Origin: an uncultured cyanobacterium
Lineage (GTDB): Bacteria > Cyanobacteriota > Cyanobacteriia > Cyanobacteriales > Nostocaceae
Assembly: GCA_963740315.1 (NCBI GenBank)
Contig: CAVUDP010000001.1
Coordinates: 960,001-1,024,000, forward strand
Direction of reading: 5' to 3'
Length of the DNA: 64,000 nt
Below are positions 19,533 through 29,475 of this stretch, piece by piece. The notes below the pieces were generated by a model, which saw only the letters and a list, made by a program, of their open reading frames with translations, did not search any database and was not told the DNA's origin. How positions within the stretch are numbered: the stretch's first letter is position 1; each line of letters begins with the position of its first letter. A program made the translations under genes and the position numbers.

Positions 19533-20509
19533 ATAAATCTCCTAAAGTTTTTGTAATCAACTGTAACGAAGCGAGCCAGATATACTCAACTACCCCAGGA
19601 TAGGGATATATTTACCTATATTCACCCTAAGAGGTACACAACTAAAAAAAACCGTTTCAAGAGTATATATCTAGCAATTTAATTTCAGTTGTTGAACATA
19701 ACATTGTTGGACGAGAAGTTTAATTAATTAAAAAGAGCCTTAACGAGCAGTCCCTGAGATTACTTCAATCGAGTAGCTTTTTCGTCTAGCTTTGGCGATC
19801 CCTCTAAAGTGTCTCGGCATACAATTCACCTTGATTATACGCGAAAATCTCGAAAAAGTTTTGCTAGTTTGATTACATTCTTTTCCAAAATGCACTCTCC
19901 AAGCGTCATACAAAGTTTTTTTGATTTTCACTTTTAATTTAAAGACGAGAAACTTTTATGTAAATAGTCATAAACACTACAAGCATGGTAGTATAAACCG
20001 CACCTTGCTTATTTTAATAAAAATTTAATATTTAGTTTCAAAATAAAGATATAGGACGAATAAAAAATTATATTTTAATACTGAGGAAAAGCTTTTGAAG
20101 ATAATTCCACCCGTGAGTTTGCGAGAAAAATTTATAGATTGTATTGCAATTCAAGGATGTAATAGAGTTAAATAACAAACATACTCTATTTAAAAATCTA
20201 ATCTGATTGTAATATCTATATATATTATACTTATAATATACTTACTTTTAATATAATAAGTTTATATTATGTAAAATATACCTATGTAATTTGACTGAGA
20301 ATCGCAACTGAAAATTTTTATTGTAATTCATGATAATTAAAATAGAAAAATACCCGCTTTTAGTAGGTATTAACATAACAAAACTATGAATTAAAGAGTT
20401 AGTTTCTGCTCTAATTTTTACAAGGAATAGAAATTAATTGCGTAAACAAAAAAAACGATTTTGCAAGCGGTAGATAACATAGTTTTAGGAATGAATTTTT
20501 AACCCCTCC

Positions 20510-21304
20510 ATGTCCGATAAATCAAGCAAACAACCACTTATAACATTGCTCAGCGATTTCGGGATTAGCGATGAGTACGTTGCGGTAATGAAAGGTGCGA
20601 TCGCGCAAATTAACCCGGCGTTGAGAATAGTTGACATAACCCATCAAATTCCACCGCAAAACATCGCCGCAGCCAGATTTTGTTTGATGAATGCTATAGA
20701 TTATTTCCCTAGAGGTACCGTACATGTAGCGGTGGTAGATCCTGGGGTGGGGGGAAAGCGGAGAGCAGTTGCTGTAGAATTAGCGCAAGGAATTTTAGTT
20801 GCTCCGGATAATGGTTTGCTCGGTGGAGTTTTGAGTCAAAATTCTGTTATTTCGGCAGTAGAATTAACAAATCCAGAATATTGGCTGACATCTCAACCCA
20901 GCATTACCTTCCACGGTAGAGATATTTTTGCACCCGTGGGAGCGCATCTAGCTAGCGGCGTATTTTTACAAGAATTGGGAAGGGAGATAAATCCTGATAG
21001 TTTGGTTAAGTTGGATTTAGCCGAATGCACTTACAAAGATGGTGCGGGAGCGGGCTGCATTCAATATATCGACCATTTCGGAAATTTAGTAACCAACATT
21101 CCTCAAAGTTATATAGAAGGTAATGATTGGAGTGTAGAAGTAAGAGGGAAGAAAATAAAGGCGCGGCAAACTTATTCAAACGTGAAAGTGGGAGAATTAA
21201 TTGCACTTGTTGGTAGTCACGGTTGGGTAGAAATTGCCGTAAATAGCGGAAATGCAAAGTTAGAATTAGGCGCAGAATTAGGCTCGGAAGTGCAAATTAG
21301 TTAA
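20510..21304 (+). CDS. SAM hydroxide adenosyltransferase / SAM hydrolase (DUF62 family)
   Basis: LLSDFG, VVDPGVGGKRR, APDNGLL, TFHGRDIFAP, YIDHFGN. Confidence 0.92.
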   Translation: MSDKSSKQPLITLLSDFGISDEYVAVMKGAIAQINPALRIVDITHQIPPQNIAAARFCLMNAIDYFPRGTVHVAVVDPGVGGKRRAVAVELAQGILVAPDNGLLGGVLSQNSVISAVELTNPEYWLTSQPSITFHGRDIFAPVGAHLASGVFLQELGREINPDSLVKLDLAECTYKDGAGAGCIQYIDHFGNLVTNIPQSYIEGNDWSVEVRGKKIKARQTYSNVKVGELIALVGSHGWVEIAVNSGNAKLELGAELGSEVQIS

Positions 21305-21473
21305 TATTAGTTAATAATTAACCGTATTGTAGACTTTTTCTATCCTAACGGAAGATTTATATATATTGTTTCTCTGATAATAATAGATATATAAACAATT
21401 AACTCGCGTCAAACATTTATGTTATCTGTCGCGTATGAGATAGATATTAAAAGTAGCTAATGCAATAAAATCT

Positions 21474-22370
21474 ATGAAAATCGGTAACTTTTTAAAATAC
21501 TCATTTTTGGGAATATTCGGGATATTAGGTGTTTTAATTATTTGGGGATTAATTGAACCAAAATTTCTTGACGTAGAAGAAGAGACAGCCATAATTCCTA
21601 ATCTTCCACCTGCTTGGGAAGGAAAACGTATCGGTCAGGTGACTGATTTTCAAGTAGGAATGTGGTTAGATAATACTGGTACCATGCGTCGTAGTATTGA
21701 AAAACTTGTAGAAGAAAAACCCGCAGCAGTGTTAATTAGCGGCGATTTTCTATATCATTCCTTGCCAAATGCATCAGAAGAAATTAGTAAAGTTACCAAC
21801 GCAATTCAACCATTAATTAAAGCTAATATTCCTACTTATGCCGTGTTAGGCAATCATGACTACAGCCATAAACCACCCATACCAGAACTTGGAAAACAGG
21901 TAACTAGCGCTTTAGAAGGAATAGGTGTAAAAGTATTAAAGAATCAAGCAGTTAAAATTGATTCACCTGCTGTGAAAGCAAATAATCAACCGCTTTATTT
22001 AGTTGGCATTGGTGCTTACATTGCTAATAATTCCGACGTTAAGAAAGCTTTATCAGAAGTTCCTAATAATAGCCCTCGTGTAGTTATGATGCACAATCCC
22101 GCATCCTTTGCAGCATTTCCACCTCAAACTGCACCTCTTGCTGTGGCAGGGCATACTCATGGCGGTCAAATTCGGGTACCATTTACACCACAATGGTCTT
22201 GGATATCGTTAGTTAAAGGTGAAGAAGTGTATGGTGATGGTTGGATTAAAAAAGATTACGGGGAACCAGGTAATAATCTTTATGTGAATCGCGGTATCGG
22301 ATTCAGCGATATTCCTATCAGAATCAACTGCCCTCCGGAAGTGACATTATTTACATTGCGTTCCCGTTAG
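21474..22370 (+). CDS. Membrane-anchored metallophosphoesterase (YkuE/YaeI-like)
   Basis: TM anchor; GD, GNHD, HNP, GHTHGGQ, NRGIG motifs. Confidence 0.9.
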   Translation: MKIGNFLKYSFLGIFGILGVLIIWGLIEPKFLDVEEETAIIPNLPPAWEGKRIGQVTDFQVGMWLDNTGTMRRSIEKLVEEKPAAVLISGDFLYHSLPNASEEISKVTNAIQPLIKANIPTYAVLGNHDYSHKPPIPELGKQVTSALEGIGVKVLKNQAVKIDSPAVKANNQPLYLVGIGAYIANNSDVKKALSEVPNNSPRVVMMHNPASFAAFPPQTAPLAVAGHTHGGQIRVPFTPQWSWISLVKGEEVYGDGWIKKDYGEPGNNLYVNRGIGFSDIPIRINCPPEVTLFTLRSR

Positions 22371-22423
22371 AATTAATATATTGGGACTTACGCAACAGTA
22401 AAAATAAAAATATTATTCTAGGT

Positions 22424-22456
22424 TTGACCATCTTCCAATTCAGGGAGAATGGTCAA
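22424..22456. terminator. Stem-loop downstream of the metallophosphoesterase
   Basis: TTGACCAT...ATGGTCAA stem. Confidence 0.4.
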
Positions 22457-22604
22457 TTTATTGAAGTTGAAATAATTTATATTTGGTCAGATACAATCGA
22501 AGCAAGTCAAATCAATCATTTAGAAATTATTATAGGTAAAACGTAAAACATTGATAACTTCTCAATCTGTTTTATGATTGGTGTATAAAAATATTAGTTT
22601 TCCA

Positions 22605-22769
22605 ATGGACAACCAAGTAATCATTAAAATTTTGCAAAGAGCGATTTCGAGCATTCGCAAAAATAGAAGCGATGATGCTATCAATCAATTACAGCAACTG
22701 ATAATGGAATTAGAAAGAAGAGTAAAAGAAGATGATTATCAAAATGATTTACCCGCAGAGCGCAACTGA
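22605..22769 (+). CDS. Small hypothetical helical protein
   Basis: 54-aa ORF from ATG with protein-like composition; no recognised family. Confidence 0.5.
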   Translation: MDNQVIIKILQRAISSIRKNRSDDAINQLQQLIMELERRVKEDDYQNDLPAERN

Positions 22770-22947
22770 AACTGAAGAGTAATTTTTACGGTAGGGCACT
22801 AAGAGTGAGGCTTCCCTTGTAGATGATGCGTTACCACAACAAATATATAACCCACAGTTAAGTTGATATTCCCTTTTAAGTGATAGGTAGAGCTTCCCCA
22901 AATTCGAGCTAACATAACTAAAGACGATAGGAGAATAGTTTATAAAT

Positions 22948-23592
22948 ATGACAGTAGCTAAAACTTCTGCCCGCGAACTTTTACGGGCTGCTTATGATAA
23001 CCGTTACACTTGGGACAAGAGTTTCCCCGGTTATACCGCAGATGTAACTTATAAATATGAAGGTAAAGAATTTAAGGGAAAAGTCCGCGTCAACTCCGAT
23101 TTGAAAGCGGAAGTTTTTGACATAGAAGACGAACAAGCCAAAGAAGCAATTAACAATCAGTTGTGGGAAATAGCAATTCATCGCATTAGACGCGAATTTG
23201 AAGACTCCCACAAAGACAATACTTTTAGTGAAGGTGATACCGACGAATCTGGTGCTGTAGAAGTATTAGTCGGTGGCAAGGCTTCCGGAGACAAATACAA
23301 AATTCGCGATCGCGAAGTAGTTTTAGTTCACCGTCACATTCACGGCGTAGTAGTCACAATCAACACGAGCAGCACCCACGACACCGGCGCAGGATATCTT
23401 GCTCATCGCTATGATTCGGTATACCACGATCCGAAAACAGGCGAACAAAAAGGTGGAAAAAGCGAATTTGAAGATAAATACGAAAAAGTTGGCGATTATT
23501 CCATCCTTAACGAACGGATAATTACCACCGAAGTCGAAGGAAAACCCGCGACTATGCAGTTTATCTTCTCTAATATTCAAATGTTGGGTTAA
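22948..23592 (+). CDS. DUF3386 family protein
   Basis: RAAYDNRYTWDKSFPGY signature; AGGAG RBS. Confidence 0.85.
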   Translation: MTVAKTSARELLRAAYDNRYTWDKSFPGYTADVTYKYEGKEFKGKVRVNSDLKAEVFDIEDEQAKEAINNQLWEIAIHRIRREFEDSHKDNTFSEGDTDESGAVEVLVGGKASGDKYKIRDREVVLVHRHIHGVVVTINTSSTHDTGAGYLAHRYDSVYHDPKTGEQKGGKSEFEDKYEKVGDYSILNERIITTEVEGKPATMQFIFSNIQMLG

Positions 23593-23599
23593 AGAGAGA

Positions 23600-23718
23600 G
23601 GGGAGATGGGGAGATGGGGAGATGGGGAGATGGGGAGATGGGGAGATGGGGAGATGGGGAGATGGGGAGATGGGGAGATGGGGAGATGGGGAGATGGGGA
23701 GATGGGGAGATGGGGAGA
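23600..23718 (+). repeat. Perfect octamer tandem repeat (GGGGAGAT) x14 plus partial
   Basis: Read directly. Confidence 0.97.
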
Positions 23719-23744
23719 AATTTGGATTATTAATCGTTACTTCC

Positions 23745-23793
23745 AACTTCTAACTCCTAACTACTCCCTACTCCCTACTCCCTACTCCCTACT
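23745..23793. repeat. Heptamer tandem repeat (AACTCCT/CCCTACT)
   Basis: Seven units; overlaps the stop codon of the GFA gene. Confidence 0.9.
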
Positions 23794-24163
23794 TTCGTAA
23801 TTTCTCAACATTATCTTCCCAATTTCGACCGTCAAAAGGTATTATTTCAAATTGCGATATAACATCATCATCGAGACAGCGTAGATTGACATCAACACAT
23901 TCGGGATGACTGCGAGGAATATAAAAAGAATGAATTCCGCAATTTTTACAAAATTTATGCTTAGCTACACCAGTATTAAAAGTGTAAGTTGTTAAATTAT
24001 CTTCACCTTTTAACAAAGTAAATTTGTCTTGCGGCACTATTAAATGCAAGAAACCCTTCTTAGTACAAACTGAACAATTACAGTCATCAGCCTTGCGATT
24101 ATCGACTACAACCCGAAAACGCACCGCACCACAATGACATCCACCTTCATAAGTTGCTTTCAT
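23789..24163 (-). CDS. GFA/CENP-V family Zn-binding protein
   Basis: GGCHCGAVRF, CNCSVC, FCKNCG. Confidence 0.93.
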   Translation of the reverse strand: MKATYEGGCHCGAVRFRVVVDNRKADDCNCSVCTKKGFLHLIVPQDKFTLLKGEDNLTTYTFNTGVAKHKFCKNCGIHSFYIPRSHPECVDVNLRCLDDDVISQFEIIPFDGRNWEDNVEKLRK

Positions 24164-24230
24164 CAGTTATCAGTTATCAGTGAGCAGTTATCAGTGAGCA
24201 GTGAGCAGTGAGCAGTGAGCAGTGAGCAGT
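24164..24230. repeat. Heptamer tandem repeat (CAGTTAT/CAGTGAG)
   Basis: About nine units read directly. Confidence 0.92.
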
Positions 24231-24274
24231 TAGGAGTACTTCGACAAGCTCAGTAACCTTATTGAGTTAGGAGT
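24229..24274 (-). repeat. Single copy of the 37-bp dispersed repeat unit (GAGCTTGTCGA core)
   Basis: Exact reverse complement of the unit plus flanks at 55078-55160. Confidence 0.92.
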
Positions 24275-24295
24275 ATTGAGTTATGAGTTAAAAAT

Positions 24296-24463
24296 TATCT
24301 CCTTGTCCCCTTGTCTCCCTATCTCCCCATCTCCCCCTCTCCCCATCTCCTTGTCTCCTTATCTCCCCATCTCCCCCTCTCCCCATCTCCTTGTCTCCTT
24401 ATCTCCCCATCTCCCCCTCTCCCCCTCTCCCCATCTCCCCATCTCCCCCTCTCCCTCTTCCCC
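24296..24463 (-). repeat. Octamer array (CCCCATCT/CCCCCTCT/CCTTGTCT/CCTTATCT) with 40-bp higher-order duplication
   Basis: Read directly; reverse complement of the GGGGAGAT family. Confidence 0.92.
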
Positions 24464-24468
24464 ACTTT

Positions 24469-24702
24469 CTACAAATATTCCTGTAAAAAGTCTAACGGTT
24501 CATCTTCCCAAGCGGGTTCGGGTACCAGCCAACTTAATGTTTTTTTAATATCTTCTTCTATTTCATCGCTGTCTTTTCTGTCAAATAATTCCACCAAGAT
24601 TTTCCAGTCACGCTCGTTAAATTCCTCTAAGGGTTGAGCGTGTACTTCTGGTTTCGGTACCGACCCGAATTTGGTTGAATCTGGTGAAATATCGCTTTTC
24701 AC
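24469..24702 (-). CDS. Small acidic hypothetical protein
   Basis: 77 aa from GTG; ERDWKILVELFD...LSWL...WED..DFLQEYL resembles conserved cyanobacterial small proteins. Confidence 0.7.
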   Translation of the reverse strand: MKSDISPDSTKFGSVPKPEVHAQPLEEFNERDWKILVELFDRKDSDEIEEDIKKTLSWLVPEPAWEDEPLDFLQEYL

Positions 24703-24955
24703 AAATTAATAGTAAATACGTTTTATATAGGTATGCATTAATTAAATATTTGGATACAGACTTGAATACAAGTCCCCCTCTCTTACAAAAAAGGGCTGGG
24801 CGATCGCGGTTTATATTAGACTCATAACTCTAACTCAAATAAATCGCTGTAATAATTTTGATTTTTAAAAATAAAGATTTGTTATCTAAACCATAAATAA
24901 TTACGTAAAAAGTATATTCAGTAATGGTTCATCCTATCCTACTCAAGGCATACCC

Positions 24956-25630
24956 TCAAGGTTGATGAAGATTATGTGGATGCTCGATTAATTCTAGGTT
25001 AAACACTTGTGCAAAGCAGCTTGCAACGTGAATCCTTACTTCCGCGCAGGTAATACCGGGAATCCATTCGGTTAAACTTGCTACGGATTTATCTGATATA
25101 CCGCAAGGCACAATCCGCTCAAAGCCTTTCATGTCGGGACAAACGTTTAATGAAAACCCGTGCATGGTAATCCAACGGCTCACTTTTATCCCAATTGCCG
25201 CGACTTTACGCCCTTCTAACCATACGCCAGTGAGTGATGGTATGCGTTCTCCTTGCAATTTGTAAACTGCCAATACGCGAATTAATACTTCTTCTAGTTG
25301 ACGTAGGTACCAGTGCAAGTCTTGACGATGACGCTGTAAGTTTAAAATTGGATACCCTACCAATTGTCCGGGACAATGGTACGTTACCTCACCACCTCGT
25401 TCAATTCGATGCACCTCGTAAGTATTTTTGTCAAGGTCAAACTTAACAAACTCACTGCTCGATCCTCTTCCTAGAGTGTATACGGGAGGATGTTCCAGCA
25501 GTATCAACGCATCATCTAAACTAGGATCTTTTACTCGTTCACTCTGAAGTTCTTTTTGCCACCTCCATGCATCTAAGTATTGTATCACTACTTGGTTATA
25601 TAACAAACATCGGTTATTTGTGTCAGACAT
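24956..25630 (-). CDS. lipB: Octanoyltransferase LipB
   Basis: [44 protein letters not shown]; start uncertain. Confidence 0.96.
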   Translation of the reverse strand: MSDTNNRCLLYNQVVIQYLDAWRWQKELQSERVKDPSLDDALILLEHPPVYTLGRGSSSEFVKFDLDKNTYEVHRIERGGEVTYHCPGQLVGYPILNLQRHRQDLHWYLRQLEEVLIRVLAVYKLQGERIPSLTGVWLEGRKVAAIGIKVSRWITMHGFSLNVCPDMKGFERIVPCGISDKSVASLTEWIPGITCAEVRIHVASCFAQVFNLELIEHPHNLHQP

Positions 25631-26186
25631 ACTATGAAAACTGGTAAAAGGCAAGAAGCTGATGGTACCCGATGTGTTTCAAGTTACCGCTACTGAGTGA
25701 ATAAATGTCAAGCAATGCAAAGGATTTTAAAGGAAAGTCACATAAACCGCCTTTGTGAAAAATCAAGTGTTAATTTGAATATATTACTCAATTGTGTGGG
25801 GAGGAGTTCTGAAGATCGCCATTACGCTCTGTTAAAAATCGAAAAGCAAGCGGCGTATGGTGTCTATCCAATTTTTCAAATTAATTGGGGAATAAAACTT
25901 CCGAGAAGAAATTTTTGTCTATGAAAAGCACGTTTGGTAAACCTCCTCGTAACTACTATAAAGTTGGCGGGGAAATCCAGGTTTTATACAACCAGTTGGA
26001 GTAAGAGAAGCAAATCATTAGACCAAAGTCTAATTTAAATACGAGAAAATTTCGCATTAAGTTGCAAATCGTTTCTTACGCAAACGTTTCGTAGCTTAAC
26101 GAACGAAAACGGTAGTTGTCTAAACCAACCATAAGTTTTCGTTCAAATCTTTATACCAAACAAAATATTTCAGCGGGAGAGTTTTC

Positions 26187-26846
26187 ATGAAGCTTGTTAT
26201 CCACGGCAAAAATATTGAAATCACGGATGCGATTCGGGAATACGTGCATCAAAAAATAGAAAAAGCTGCGAGTCATTTTCAGCATATTACCAACGAGGTT
26301 GATGTACATTTGAGCGTAGCTAAAAATCCCCGAATTAATCCCAACCAGACAGCGGAAGTAACTATTTACGCGAATGGTAACGTTATCCGTGCCGAGGAAA
26401 GCAGTGAAAATTTATATGCCAGTATTGATTTAGTTGCGAATAAAATTGCCCGTCAACTGCGAAAATACAAAGAGCGACGACGCGATAAAACAATTCACGA
26501 TCGCAACAATACGATTGAAGAGGTAATTCCAGAAGAACTAGTTACGGATTTGATTGGCGATCGCACTCCCGAATTACCCGAAGAAGTAGTTCGTACTAAA
26601 TATTTTGCCATGTCGCCGATGAGTGTTTCAGAAGCTTTGGAACAGTTGCGAATGGTTGGACATGATTTTTATATGTTCCACAACAGCGAAACAGACGAAA
26701 TAAACGTGATTTACGAGCGCAACCACGGTGGTTATGGCGTAATTCAACCTCGCAACAACGCTCATTCCAACGGTAACGGAAATGGTAACGGTAAAGCGTC
26801 TCATGCTAACTTTACCATGCCAATAAAAACTAACTCTACTTACTAA
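26187..26846 (+). CDS. lrtA: Ribosome hibernation promoting factor, long form (light-repressed protein LrtA)
   Basis: [37 protein letters not shown]-terminal VVRTKYF..HDFYMF..INVIYER; GGGAG RBS. Confidence 0.96.
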   Translation: MKLVIHGKNIEITDAIREYVHQKIEKAASHFQHITNEVDVHLSVAKNPRINPNQTAEVTIYANGNVIRAEESSENLYASIDLVANKIARQLRKYKERRRDKTIHDRNNTIEEVIPEELVTDLIGDRTPELPEEVVRTKYFAMSPMSVSEALEQLRMVGHDFYMFHNSETDEINVIYERNHGGYGVIQPRNNAHSNGNGNGNGKASHANFTMPIKTNSTY

Positions 26847-26867
26847 ACCTATGGTTAAAAGTAAGTA

Positions 26868-27012
26868 ATATTATGTCCGTCTAAATAACTATCATTGCGA
26901 CACTACCGAAGCAATTCCAAAACCTTGCCATAAGCCGCACCGTCGGTGAATGCTTCGTTTAACTTTGTTCCATTGGCAATCAGATATTATGGGAATTTGA
27001 CGGACATCATAT
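26868..27012. mobile_element. Degenerate MITE-like element with terminal and internal inverted repeats
   Basis: ATATTATGTCCGTC ... GACGGACATCATAT (13/14 match); inner CGAAGCA/TGCTTCG and ATTGC/GCAAT pairs. Confidence 0.7.
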
Positions 27013-27070
27013 AATTTATACTAGGGAGGAAATATAAAAATCTACTCCAACATCAAGACTTTAAAATCAT

Positions 27071-27103
27071 AAATCACGGCATTATAAACTGCCGTGATTT
27101 TTT
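27071..27103. terminator. Intrinsic terminator downstream of lrtA
   Basis: AAATCACGGCA-ttataaac-TGCCGTGATTT followed by T run. Confidence 0.8.
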
Positions 27104-27208
27104 ATAATCGGATGGCAAAAAAAATTTTAATTTTGCAACTAATTATCTTATGTTTTCACCAAAATGATCGTAAGATACACTCCAATCAAACTTTATAATT
27201 TTGAGCAA

Positions 27209-28660
27209 ATGTCAAAATACGAAAACAAGGAGCTAAAGCTTTTAGATATCAAACAATGTAGCTCAGTCGCTGATATTGTTGAGGGAATGAGTAAATGCTC
27301 TTTTGGTGCCAGGATGCTAGGTGAAGTAACTGCTAGAATCAGCCAATGGATAGTTGAAAAGGATGCCCCGGTTGCCATATATGATGGCAAATTAAACAGT
27401 CCTTTAGGTAAATTGCTCAAGGAGATGGTTAGGCGAAATTGGCTCACTCAAGTTATTTCTCAACACAACTATTCATTAGCGCCAAAACTCCAAGACAATG
27501 TAATTGTTATAGGTGCCTACTGTGAAAGTTTTGAAGAGACTTTATCTCGTCAAATCAAGCAAGTAATTTTTATTAATCAATTTGGCATGGCTTTACCAGG
27601 CCAGATATCAGATGGTTACTTCCCCAACGTGATATTCTGCGATCCAAAATTTGCAATTCCAGCCATTTTTGCCAGTCTTGAAGAGAGGTTAAATGGTCAG
27701 AAGACAACGATTCCCGAATTTATTGAAGAAATTGCTCAATATGGTGGTTTAGCTGCTCAGATCCATAGAGGTGCCCATACCTTATTGGCAATGGAAAAGG
27801 ATCCTGAGTGCAAAGTTTTTCTCACCATAAGCGGAGCAATGACGATTGCCAAAATGGGTCTTGTGGTCTGCGATATGATTGATTTGGGGATGGTAGATGG
27901 TATTTGTACCACAGGTGCATTAATGGCTCACGGGCTAGTTGAAAGCGTTGGCTTAAAACACTTTAGATACGATCCTAATGAGGATGATGCTACCTTAGCT
28001 CAACAAAAGTTAAATCGTGTTTCTGATACCCTTGAGCCAGAAACAAATCTCGATCATATTGGCAATATAATCACCAAGGTTTTTGATGAAAGGGATGAAA
28101 AAGAACCCTTCAGTCCAAGGATTTTTTGCCAGGTTGTAGGCAAATATCTTGCAGACTTCTATCCTCATGAAAGAGGAATATTGAAATCTGCTTATCAGCA
28201 CAATGTCCCGGTGTTTGTGCCAGCTTTCCACGATTCAGAATTGGGTAATGATCTCTACCTAGATAATCAGATGAAAAAGAAAGAAGGCAAAAAGGCCATA
28301 CCATTGAATATAGAACTTGATACACAATATTTGCTGGATATAGTCACAAAGTCACCAAAAATTGGGATTTTTACAATTGGTGGAGGTGTACCAAGAAATT
28401 TCATCCAAAATATCACCTGTTTAATTGACTTGATCAATGAAAACCAGAAAGCTAATTTACCTAATCCACGATTTTCCTATGGCTGCCGAATTTGCCCAGA
28501 TCCCATGTACTATGGACATTTGTCAGGATGTACGTACTCTGAAGGTATGTCATGGAGAAAGATGCAAATCGACGGTCACTTTAGTGAAATTCATGCAGAC
28601 GCTACTCAGGTATGGCCGTTTCTGGTTAAGTTTGTCATGGAAGCTAAGGCGGTTGCCTAA
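27209..28660 (+). CDS. Deoxyhypusine-synthase-like protein (homospermidine biosynthesis family) with N-terminal extension
   Basis: FLTISGAM, TTGA, VPAFHDSELG, IGGGVPRNF, GHLSGCTYSEGMSWRK, ADAT motifs. Confidence 0.88.
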   Translation: MSKYENKELKLLDIKQCSSVADIVEGMSKCSFGARMLGEVTARISQWIVEKDAPVAIYDGKLNSPLGKLLKEMVRRNWLTQVISQHNYSLAPKLQDNVIVIGAYCESFEETLSRQIKQVIFINQFGMALPGQISDGYFPNVIFCDPKFAIPAIFASLEERLNGQKTTIPEFIEEIAQYGGLAAQIHRGAHTLLAMEKDPECKVFLTISGAMTIAKMGLVVCDMIDLGMVDGICTTGALMAHGLVESVGLKHFRYDPNEDDATLAQQKLNRVSDTLEPETNLDHIGNIITKVFDERDEKEPFSPRIFCQVVGKYLADFYPHERGILKSAYQHNVPVFVPAFHDSELGNDLYLDNQMKKKEGKKAIPLNIELDTQYLLDIVTKSPKIGIFTIGGGVPRNFIQNITCLIDLINENQKANLPNPRFSYGCRICPDPMYYGHLSGCTYSEGMSWRKMQIDGHFSEIHADATQVWPFLVKFVMEAKAVA

Positions 28661-28768
28661 AGCACGTAAATTAAATTTGCCAAATTATCGCTTCAATTAA
28701 ATTTCTTGGTTTGTTATTTTTTAAGAATTCCTCACGAATAATTCAACCAAGCTTGTTTTTATCTAGAT

Positions 28769-28877
28769 ATACAGCACTTTGCAGATAAATTAGGTACAGC
28801 CTTATATTATAAAACTCTTGTGGGATGGGCCGATTGGCTCGTCCAAACGTATCTCATAACTCGGAAATATGCTGTAT
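28769..28877. mobile_element. Degenerate MITE-like element carrying a REP-like hairpin
   Basis: ATACAGCA...TGCTGTAT termini; internal GGATGGGC-cgattg-GCTCGTCC hairpin. Confidence 0.6.
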
Positions 28878-28921
28878 TTGGGAACTATAAAAATAAGAAA
28901 ATTTCCCCAATATACAAATTA

Positions 28922-29154
28922 ATGGATCAAAAAAATCAGTCAAACAAAAAAAAGATAACCGCGCCCAATTTACTGCTCGTTTTGGCTGCGGTTTTATATT
29001 TGGTATTTTCTTCGCAATCGCTTTAGGATTGCTAGCTGATGCTCAAACTTTGAAAAGCTTATTAGCGATCGCAATTGTATCAGCAGTGATATGTGGTTTC
29101 TTATCTGCGGCTTTTGGCGATCGCTTTTGGCTGTGGCTTCGTTTTTGGTTGTAA
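28922..29154 (+). CDS. Small two-TM membrane protein split by a -1 frameshift at the A8G run (28946-28954)
   Basis: Frame 0 gives MDQKNQSNKKK; the -1 frame gives DNRAQFTARFGCGFIFGIFFAIALG...ICGFLSAAFGDRFWLWLRFWL* and has no standard start codon upstream of the run. Confidence 0.7.
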
Positions 29155-29241
29155 TAAATTCAACTATTAAATAGCATTCTCAACTCAATTTAAGCTTGAA
29201 ACAGGTTTATAGTTGATGAGAAAAACACTCATTGTATAAAA

Positions 29242-29475
29242 ATGTCTCTAGAACCTTGTAAAGTTTGCGGTGTTCTCAACAGTAGTGAAGAAGAAATTTG
29301 TCTGAGCTGCGGTTTTCCTACAAAAGGACGAAAACGACCTGTAGTATTTCAAATTGCGGCGATTATTTTGGTTTTAGTTTTTGTCGTACCTTTAATTGCT
29401 ACTTTAATTAATTTGATTAAACCCTCTCAAGAAGAGCGATCGCCAACTAATACAAAAACATCTTTAAAATTGTAG
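29242..29475 (+). CDS. Small zinc-ribbon plus TM protein
   Basis: CKVCG...CLSCG followed by a hydrophobic helix. Confidence 0.8.
   Translation: MSLEPCKVCGVLNSSEEEICLSCGFPTKGRKRPVVFQIAAIILVLVFVVPLIATLINLIKPSQEERSPTNTKTSLKL

Noticed and set aside
19740..19931. 63-aa minus-strand ORF (likewise 25697-25924, 29427-29690, 35313-35495, 46881-47324)
   Set aside because: No RBS or family signal; they overlap probable leaders or repeat elements
20510..21304. Fluorinase/chlorinase
   Set aside because: Has the Asp/Arg/His set (VVDPGVGGKRR, TFHGRD) of DUF62 SAM hydrolases and no biosynthetic context
23606..23800. ORF MGRWGDGE repeats (also 819-1057, 24276-24637, 54856-55059)
   Set aside because: Translations of tandem DNA repeats, not credible proteins
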